Source of the DNA: Clostridia bacterium
GTDB taxonomy: Bacteria; Bacillota; Clostridia; Oscillospirales; Acutalibacteraceae
Assembly (NCBI GenBank): GCA_024404115.1
Contig: JAKSQM010000006.1
Location: forward strand, 24,394-88,393
Direction of reading: 5' to 3'
Length of the DNA stretch: 64,000 bases
Shown here: one piece after another, positions 57,324-64,000 of the stretch
How positions within the stretch are numbered: position 1 is the stretch's first letter
How the letters are laid out: each line of letters starts with the position of its first letter
The notes under the pieces: generated by a model
Databases searched by the model: none
What the model was told of the DNA's origin: nothing
The model's input: the letters and a program-made list of their open reading frames with translations, nothing else
Translations under genes and position numbers: made by a program

Positions 57324-58733
57324 ATGTCTGAAAACAAAACAGAAGCTGAAATCCTTAAAGAACAGCTTTTTATGGATAGTCAGCACACCGCAAAGGTGAT
57401 TGACGAAACAGAGCTTAAAGAAGCTTTTGATTTCTGCGAAGGCTATAAGAGCTTTCTTAATTCCTGCAAAACTGAAAGAGAAGCCGCTCTCTTTGCAGTT
57501 AAAGAGGCAGAGAAAAACGGATTTGTTCCCTTTGACAACACAAAAAAATATAAGGCAGGCGATAAGGTTTATTATCTTAACAGAGGTAAGGCAATTATCC
57601 TTGCAGTTATCGGCAAAAAGAGCGTTAAAGAGGGCGTTCACATTTCAGCCGCTCATATTGATTCACCCCGCCTTGACTTAAAACCAAATCCCCTTTATGA
57701 AGACAGCAATATTGCACTTTTCAAAACACATTATTATGGCGGAATTAAAAAATATCAGTGGGTTACAATTCCCCTTTCACTCCACGGTGTTGTTTATAAA
57801 AAGGACGGCACAAGAGTTGATGTTAATATTGGCGAAAACGAGGGCGACCCACAGTTTGTTATAACAGACCTTCTCCCCCACCTTGGCACCAGTCAGATGG
57901 AAAGAAGCGCAAGAGAAGTTGTCAAAGGTGAGGAGCTTAACATTCTTGTTGGCTCACTTCCATTTAAGAGCGATTCTGGCAGCGAGCTTGTGAAGCTTAA
58001 CATTATGAAAATCCTCAATGAAAAATACGGCATTGTTGAGCGTGATTTCTTAACAGCCGAGCTTGAGGCTGTGCCTGCAATGAAGGTTACAGACATTGGC
58101 TTTGACCGCAGTATGATTGGCGGCTATGGTCATGACGACCGTGTTTGCGCTTACCCTGCACTTATGGCAATCCTTGAACTTGACAGCGCACCTGATTACA
58201 CCGCTGTTACTGTTCTTACAGATAAAGAAGAAACAGGTTCAGACGGAAGCACTGGTCTTAACAGTGATTATCTCCGCTATTTCCTTGCTGACCTTGGCAG
58301 ATGCGAGGGCGATATTTTAGGCAGAGATGTTCTTTCAAAGTCAAAGTGCCTTTCAGCAGATGTTAATGCGGCTTTTGACCCCACATTCCCGTCTGTTCTT
58401 GATAAAATGAACGCTTCATTCATCAACAAGGGCATTGTTGTTACAAAATACACTGGCGCCAGAGGAAAAAGCGGAACATCTGACGCAAACGCAGAGTTCG
58501 TTTCAGAGGTTGCACAGATTTTTGACAACAACGGTGTAAACTGGCAGCTTGGTGAGCTTGGCAAGGTTGATGAGGGCGGCGGAGGAACCGTTGCAAAATA
58601 TGTTGCAAATATGAATGTTGATGTTGTTGATGTTGGCGTTCCTGTTCTTTCAATGCACGCACCCTTTGAGGTTGTTTCTAAACTTGATGTTTATATGGCT
58701 AAAAAGGCTTTTCTTAAATTTTTTGAGGCTTAA
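57324..58733 (+). CDS. M18-family aminopeptidase
   Basis: Segments read AAHIDSPRLDLKP and GYGHDDRVC, with a C-terminal ...SMHAPFE. I prefer the ATG at 57324, 5 nt after GGAGA. Confidence 0.8.
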   Translation: MSENKTEAEILKEQLFMDSQHTAKVIDETELKEAFDFCEGYKSFLNSCKTEREAALFAVKEAEKNGFVPFDNTKKYKAGDKVYYLNRGKAIILAVIGKKSVKEGVHISAAHIDSPRLDLKPNPLYEDSNIALFKTHYYGGIKKYQWVTIPLSLHGVVYKKDGTRVDVNIGENEGDPQFVITDLLPHLGTSQMERSAREVVKGEELNILVGSLPFKSDSGSELVKLNIMKILNEKYGIVERDFLTAELEAVPAMKVTDIGFDRSMIGGYGHDDRVCAYPALMAILELDSAPDYTAVTVLTDKEETGSDGSTGLNSDYLRYFLADLGRCEGDILGRDVLSKSKCLSADVNAAFDPTFPSVLDKMNASFINKGIVVTKYTGARGKSGTSDANAEFVSEVAQIFDNNGVNWQLGELGKVDEGGGGTVAKYVANMNVDVVDVGVPVLSMHAPFEVVSKLDVYMAKKAFLKFFEA

Positions 58734-58745
58734 CGGAGGTTAATT

Positions 58746-59813
58746 ATGAAAAAAGCACTTATACTTTTTGGCGGAGTTTCAAGTGAACATGATGTTTCAC
58801 TTGTTTCTGCCCAGTCAGTTATAAATAATGTGCCAAAGGATAAATACGAGCTTGTGCTTGTTGGTATCACTAAAGACGGCAGATGGTTCCTTTATGAGGG
58901 TGAGGCAGATAATCTCCCCGAAGATAAATGGCTCCTTGATGAAAGCAAGCTGACACCTGCTGTTATTTCTGTTGACAGAGCCGACCACGGCATTATCGTT
59001 CTTGGCGAAAAAACAGAAAAAATCAGAATTGATGTTGTGTTCCCTGTTCTTCACGGCAAAAACGGTGAGGACGGCACTGTTCAGGGTCTGCTTCAGGTTG
59101 CAGGTATTCCTTTTGTTGGCTGTGATATGCTTGCATCTGCCTGCTGTATGGATAAGGTTATCACCAACACCCTTGCAGATAACGCAGGTATCCCTCAGGC
59201 AAAATGGCTTGGCCTTAAAGAGTATGAATACAATCAGAATAAGGAATATTTCATTGAGAAATCAAAGAAATATCTCGGCTACCCTGTTTTTGTTAAGCCT
59301 GCAAACGCTGGTTCATCTGTTGGTGTAAGCAAGGCAACTGATGACGCTTCACTTGAAAAGGCAATTGAAATTGCTTTCAAAGAGGATTCAAAGTTAGTTC
59401 TTGAAGAGGGTATCGTTGGCAAAGAGGTTGAGTGCGCTGTGCTCGGCAACGAAAACCCAATCGCTTCTGTTGTTGGTGAAATTGTTCCTGCAAACGATTT
59501 TTATGATTACGAGGCAAAATACATAAATGCCGCCAGTGAGCTTCACATTCCTGCAAGACTTTCTGAAGAAAAAATCAACGAAGTTCGTTTTGCTGCAATC
59601 AACGCATATAAAGCTCTCGGCTGCTCAGGTCTTTCAAGAGTTGACTTCTTTGTAAGAGAATCTGACGGAGCTGTTATGCTCAACGAGCCAAACACAATTC
59701 CCGGCTTTACATCAATCAGCATGTATCCAAAGCTTTTCGGTGCATCTGGTATCGGCTACAGCGATCTGATTGATAAGCTCTTTGATTACGCAATTGAAAA
59801 GTGGGAAAAATGA
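58746..59813 (+). CDS. ddl: D-alanine--D-alanine ligase
   Basis: The N-terminus reads LFGGVSSEHDVSL, an ATP-grasp region is present, and a later segment reads LNEPNTIPGFT. Length is 355 aa. Confidence 0.95.
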   Translation: MKKALILFGGVSSEHDVSLVSAQSVINNVPKDKYELVLVGITKDGRWFLYEGEADNLPEDKWLLDESKLTPAVISVDRADHGIIVLGEKTEKIRIDVVFPVLHGKNGEDGTVQGLLQVAGIPFVGCDMLASACCMDKVITNTLADNAGIPQAKWLGLKEYEYNQNKEYFIEKSKKYLGYPVFVKPANAGSSVGVSKATDDASLEKAIEIAFKEDSKLVLEEGIVGKEVECAVLGNENPIASVVGEIVPANDFYDYEAKYINAASELHIPARLSEEKINEVRFAAINAYKALGCSGLSRVDFFVRESDGAVMLNEPNTIPGFTSISMYPKLFGASGIGYSDLIDKLFDYAIEKWEK

Positions 59814-60232
59814 AATACATTATAAAAATAAAAGACCTGCATAAAGCAGGGGATGAAAAAGAATCCTCAGAGCTGATAACAACAGGAACATTGACTTTTT
59901 TCGGCGAGGATTATAAAATAAGATATAAAGAAACATCAGAGGGACTTGAAGATTGCTTTGTTACGTTGAGCTATGAAAACGGCAACTGCGTAACAATGAC
60001 AAGAACAGGCGGATTCACCACGCAGATGACAATGGAAAAGCATAAGCGACACACCTGCGTTTATACAACACCTGTTGGCACACTTTCCCTCGGAATTTAC
60101 ACAAACAACGTGGTTTCCTCAATGACAAAGGATGGCGGAACGCTTCTTTTTGAATATACGCTTGACGCAAACGGCGGATTTTTAAGCGATAACACCCTTG
60201 AGGTTACAATAGAAAAGGCAAAGGAAGGATAA
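59810..60232 (+). CDS. DUF1934 (YwiB-like) beta-barrel protein
   Basis: About 140 aa. It has an ATGA overlap with the ddl stop and lies immediately upstream of argS, as is common in Firmicutes. Confidence 0.65.
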   Translation: MKYIIKIKDLHKAGDEKESSELITTGTLTFFGEDYKIRYKETSEGLEDCFVTLSYENGNCVTMTRTGGFTTQMTMEKHKRHTCVYTTPVGTLSLGIYTNNVVSSMTKDGGTLLFEYTLDANGGFLSDNTLEVTIEKAKEG

Positions 60233-60234
60233 GA

Positions 60235-61923
60235 ATGAGTTATATTGTAAACGAAGTTCAGAAACAGCTTCATGACGCTGTTATGGATTCAATGAAAAAG
60301 GCTCTTGAAAACGGCGTTATTGCCGCAGTACCCGAAACAAAATTCAACATAGAAATACCTGCCGACAGAGCCAACGGTGATTTTTCCACAAATGCGGCTA
60401 TGGTATGGGCAAGAGAGCTGAGAATGGCTCCAAGAAAAATTGCCGACATCATCACAGGCAATATGAGCCTTGAAAACACATATTTTGCAAAGTGCGAATG
60501 TGCAGGCCCCGGATTTTTAAATTTCTATCTTGATAACAAATATTATGCCGCTATTCTCAAGGACGTTAAGGCAAAGGGCAAGGACTACGGTCATTCAGAT
60601 TACGGCAAGGGCAAAAAAGCACTTGTTGAGTTTGTTTCTGCAAACCCCACAGGTCCAATGCACGTTGGTAATGCCCGTGGCGGTGCAATGGGCGACTGTC
60701 TTGCATCTGTTCTTTCATGGGCAGGCTATGAAACAGAGAGAGAGTTTTATATCAATGACGGCGGTAATCAGATTGAAAAATTCGGTCTTTCACTTGATTT
60801 AAGATACCGTGAGCTTTATGAAGATGGCATTGAAATGCCCGAGGATTCATATCACGGTCAGGATATTATTGACCATGCAAAGGCTTTTGCAGAGATTCAC
60901 GGTGATAAATACATCGGCGCTCCCGAAGCAGAGAGAAGAAAGGCTCTTGTTGATTACGCTCTTCCCCTCAATATCGCTGGTCTTGAAAGAGATTTGCTCA
61001 AATACAAAATTAAGTATGACACATGGTTTAAAGAGAGCACACTTCATAACAGTGGTGCCGCAAGAAAGGTAGTTGCCGACCTTACAGAAAAAGGCTTCAC
61101 CTATGAAAAGGATGGCGCAGTCTGGTTCAAGGCAGAGCAGTTTGGCTGTGATAAAGATTTCGTTCTTGTTCGCTCCAACGGATTCCTCACCTACATTGTT
61201 CCCGATATTGCATACCATTACAACAAGCTCTGCATCAGAAACTTTGACCTTGCCGTTGATATTCTCGGCGCAGACCACCACGGCTATGTTCCCCGCCTTA
61301 AAGCCGCATTGCAGGCACTTGGCGTTGACCCCGATAAATTAAGAGTTGTTCTTATGCAGATGGTTCGCCTTGTTAAGGATGGCGAGGTTATCAAAGCATC
61401 AAAGCGTTCAGGCAAGGCAATTACACTTGTTACTCTTCTTGAAGAAGTTCCCATTGATGCCGCAAGATTCTTCTTTAACACAAGAGAGGCAAACTCTCAC
61501 TGCGATTTTGACCTTGACCTTGCAGTTGAAGAGAGCAGTAAGAACCCTGTTTATTATTGCCAGTATGCTCACGCAAGAATTTGCAGTATCTTCAAAAAGC
61601 TTTCAGCAGAGGGCATTGAGTTTAAGGATTGCGATGCAAAGACACTTGAGCTTCTCAACACAGAGGAAGAGAAAGAGCTTATCCGTCATATCGCTTCACT
61701 TACAGGTGAGGTTGAGCTTGCCGCAAAAGCACTTGACCCCTCAAAGCTCACAAAATATGTTGTTGAGCTTGCAACTCTGTTCCATAAATTCTATAATGCC
61801 TGCCGTGTTCAGTGTGATGACGAAAATCTTATGCAGGCAAGAATTTATCTTTGCGCCTGCGTAAAGGATATTATCAAGAATGTTCTTGAAATGCTCAAAA
61901 TTACAGTTCCGGAAAGTATGTAA
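60235..61923 (+). CDS. argS: Arginine--tRNA ligase
   Basis: A HIGH-type motif reads SANPTGPMHVGNARG and a later segment reads KASKRSGK. The C-terminal DALR-like domain is present. Length is 562 aa. Confidence 0.95.
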   Translation: MSYIVNEVQKQLHDAVMDSMKKALENGVIAAVPETKFNIEIPADRANGDFSTNAAMVWARELRMAPRKIADIITGNMSLENTYFAKCECAGPGFLNFYLDNKYYAAILKDVKAKGKDYGHSDYGKGKKALVEFVSANPTGPMHVGNARGGAMGDCLASVLSWAGYETEREFYINDGGNQIEKFGLSLDLRYRELYEDGIEMPEDSYHGQDIIDHAKAFAEIHGDKYIGAPEAERRKALVDYALPLNIAGLERDLLKYKIKYDTWFKESTLHNSGAARKVVADLTEKGFTYEKDGAVWFKAEQFGCDKDFVLVRSNGFLTYIVPDIAYHYNKLCIRNFDLAVDILGADHHGYVPRLKAALQALGVDPDKLRVVLMQMVRLVKDGEVIKASKRSGKAITLVTLLEEVPIDAARFFFNTREANSHCDFDLDLAVEESSKNPVYYCQYAHARICSIFKKLSAEGIEFKDCDAKTLELLNTEEEKELIRHIASLTGEVELAAKALDPSKLTKYVVELATLFHKFYNACRVQCDDENLMQARIYLCACVKDIIKNVLEMLKITVPESM

Positions 61924-61960
61924 GATTTTGCACAGGATAAACAATAAAATGTCAAAAATT

Positions 61961-61991
61961 AAGGCTATGAGATTTTGTTTCTCATAGCCTT
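61961..61991. terminator. Bidirectional terminator after argS
   Basis: AAGGCTATGAG-N9-CTCATAGCCTT has T-rich flanks on both strands. Confidence 0.7.
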
Positions 61992-62017
61992 TTGCGTTTA
62001 GTAAGTAGAAATTTGTC

Positions 62018-62230
62018 TTACTTCTTTTCCTTATCTGATTTTTCTTCGATCTTTGAAATGATAATACCTGTGCAAGTAATTACAACAACACAGAGATAGG
62101 CACATATTCCAAGGATTGCTCCAGTGCCATAAGGTAAACCGTTAAAAATATCAGCAAAAATATCAGAAAACAGCACACCAACAAATGCTACTATTAAGCC
62201 TATTACAAAATATGTTCCAATCTTTTTCAT
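62018..62230 (-). CDS. Small membrane protein (about 70 aa, two TM helices)
   Basis: MKKIGTYFVIGLIVAFVGVLF... follows a GAGGTAACGAA site. The ORF-track start at 62260 has no ribosome-binding site. Confidence 0.5.
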   Translation of the reverse strand: MKKIGTYFVIGLIVAFVGVLFSDIFADIFNGLPYGTGAILGICAYLCVVVITCTGIIISKIEEKSDKEKK

Positions 62231-62275
62231 TTCGTTACCTCTACAAAACCAGCTTTGCACATTCCATACGGAACT

Positions 62276-62614
62276 TTATTTTATGTAATATTTTTTTATG
62301 AGCTTATGATGATACCAGACCATAAACGGAATTGGCAGAAGCAGGCAGATTGAAAATGGAATTAACATCATAAGGCTGTCGCCAATAATCAATCCGCACA
62401 CCCACGCAAGGATAATGCAAACGCCGTATATCATCCACATTGCGCCGTGCTTTTTGTTCCACGCACTGATGTTGGATATTTCATTTTCACTCGGTGCTTT
62501 CTCACCCGAATAAAATCCAACAGGCTTTTTGCTTTTAATTTGAAAAACACCTATTCCAAACATTATCATTGCGCACAAGCCTAATATTACACCCGATATA
62601 ACAGTTGATTCCAT
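62276..62614 (-). CDS. Small membrane protein (112 aa, three TM helices)
   Basis: The segments are hydrophobic and the ribosome-binding site is GAGGG. I do not recognise the family. Confidence 0.55.
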   Translation of the reverse strand: MESTVISGVILGLCAMIMFGIGVFQIKSKKPVGFYSGEKAPSENEISNISAWNKKHGAMWMIYGVCIILAWVCGLIIGDSLMMLIPFSICLLLPIPFMVWYHHKLIKKYYIK

Positions 62615-62637
62615 TGGTTTGCCCTCTGCAAATTTAT

Positions 62638-64000
62638 TTATTTTGCAATTTTAAGGAAGTCTGCATATGCCGCTTTCCACTCTGCGGTGTCTTTTGGCTC
62701 ATATGTTTTAAGGTTTTCGCTGGCGGCAACCGTTTTTCTTGCTTCGCCAATTGAGCCGATTGTTCCGTCAGACATAAACTGAACGGCAACATTGCCCATA
62801 ACAGTTGCTTCAATGGGGCCAGCCTTAACTGTTCTGTCGCAGGAATTTGCAGTCATTCCGCAAAGAAGTCCGTCTTTTGTTCCGCCGCCGATAACATGAA
62901 TAACAGGGTAATCCTTACCTGTGCATTCACAAAGTTTCTCAAATGTAAGGCGGTATTTCATTGCAAGGCTTTCATAAATGCAGCGCATAATTTCGCCTGT
63001 GGATTGTGGAACATACTGACCTGTCTTTTTACAGAAATCACGAACACGCTGGGGAATATTGCCCTGCGGAACAAATTCGGGAGCGTCTGGGTCAATGAAG
63101 CATTTGAACGGCTCCTCTGCAAGAGCAAGCTTTTCAAGGTCGGCATAAGAATAATCTTTGCCCTCTCTCTGCCACTGACGGCGGCTTTCCTGAATCAGCC
63201 AAAGACCGATGATATTTTTAAGGAAGCCTGTTTTGCCGCCAAGACCGCCCTCGTTTGTGATGTTTATGTTAAGTGAAGTTTCGTTTACAATTGGCTCGTC
63301 AAGCTCTGTGCCAAAAAGTGACCATGTACCACTGCTGAGGAAAGCAAAATTGCCGTCTTCGCAGGGAACAGCAGTGATAGCTGACTGTGTATCGTGTCCG
63401 CAAACAGAAATAACGGGAACGCTCTCCACTCCACATTCCTCGCAGATTTCGGGTGAAAGGTTGCCAAGAACAGTACCCGGCTGAACAAGGGGAGCAAAAA
63501 TGCTCTCATCAATGCCAAACCCCTCAAGAATCTCTTTAGACCATGTGCGTGTGTTGATGTCAATAAGCTGTGAAGTTGAAGCGATTGAATACTCAGCGCA
63601 CATTTTGCCTGTGAGGAAATATGCAAATAAATCGGGCATAAAAAGCATTTTGTCTGCTCTATCAAGAAGCTCTGGTCGCTGACGGCGAAGAGAAATCAGC
63701 TGAAAAAGAGTGTTAAGCTCCATAAACTGAATACCTGTGATGCCGTAAAGCTTCTCTTTAGGGATAGTTTTGAAAGACTCCTCAACAAGACCAGCTGTTC
63801 TTAAATCACGGTAGTGAACGGGATTTTCAAGAAGTCTGCCGTCTTTATCAATAAGACCGAAGTCAACACCCCATGTGTCAATGCCGATTGAATCAAATCC
63901 GCCTGCGATTTTTGCCTTAACGATACCCTGCTTGATTTCGTGGAAAAGTCGAAGCACATCCCAATAAAGTGTGTCCCCAACCTTAACAGGGTCATTTGTG
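62638..64000 (-). CDS. rhaB: Rhamnulokinase (FGGY carbohydrate kinase), N-terminus outside the window
   Basis: The sequence IGIDTWGVDFGLIDKDGRLLENPVHYRD is typical of RhaB. The frame stays open upstream of the ORF-track start, reading ...TNDPVKVGDTLYWDVLRLF, so the gene continues past position 64000. Confidence 0.8.
   Translation of the reverse strand, partial: TNDPVKVGDTLYWDVLRLFHEIKQGIVKAKIAGGFDSIGIDTWGVDFGLIDKDGRLLENPVHYRDLRTAGLVEESFKTIPKEKLYGITGIQFMELNTLFQLISLRRQRPELLDRADKMLFMPDLFAYFLTGKMCAEYSIASTSQLIDINTRTWSKEILEGFGIDESIFAPLVQPGTVLGNLSPEICEECGVESVPVISVCGHDTQSAITAVPCEDGNFAFLSSGTWSLFGTELDEPIVNETSLNINITNEGGLGGKTGFLKNIIGLWLIQESRRQWQREGKDYSYADLEKLALAEEPFKCFIDPDAPEFVPQGNIPQRVRDFCKKTGQYVPQSTGEIMRCIYESLAMKYRLTFEKLCECTGKDYPVIHVIGGGTKDGLLCGMTANSCDRTVKAGPIEATVMGNVAVQFMSDGTIGSIGEARKTVAASENLKTYEPKDTAEWKAAYADFLKIAK

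Overview
This 64 kb window comes from a low-GC Firmicutes chromosome, judged Clostridia-like by eye from AT-rich intergenic DNA, GGAGG-type ribosome-binding sites and the sporulation regulator spoVT. Most of it is densely packed housekeeping genes. It holds many genes that normally sit near the replication origin, all on the minus strand. One block is parB-parA-noc-like-rsmG-mnmG-mnmE with two perfect parS sites. A second block is dnaN-yaaA-recF-remB. A third block is dnaX-ybaB-recR preceded by the SRP RNA. dnaA, gyrB/gyrA and rpmH-rnpA-yidC-jag are all absent from the window. The classical neighbourhoods are rearranged: recR abuts dnaN, an IS200-like Y1 (RAYT-type) transposase sits where gyrB is expected, and mreB-mreC-mreD-PBP2 plus a MinD-like ATPase run straight into mnmE. 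The one clearly accessory feature is an 11.5 kb gene (4633..16149, minus strand). It encodes a 3838 aa secreted protein with a duplicated N-terminal domain of unknown type, about 20 Listeria-Bacteroides (Flg_new / InlB-B-like) repeats, a large unassigned region and three C-terminal Ig-like modules. I see no recognisable cell-wall anchor in it. Other housekeeping genes include proS, gap, an rluD-like gene, secA, xth, prfA, a Sua5/TsaC-CoaE fusion, an M18 aminopeptidase, ddl, argS and a truncated rhaB. I found no CRISPR array, rRNA, tRNA, prophage or obvious defence island. All calls rest on reading the supplied ORF translations and the nucleotide sequence by eye. No database search or folding program was run.
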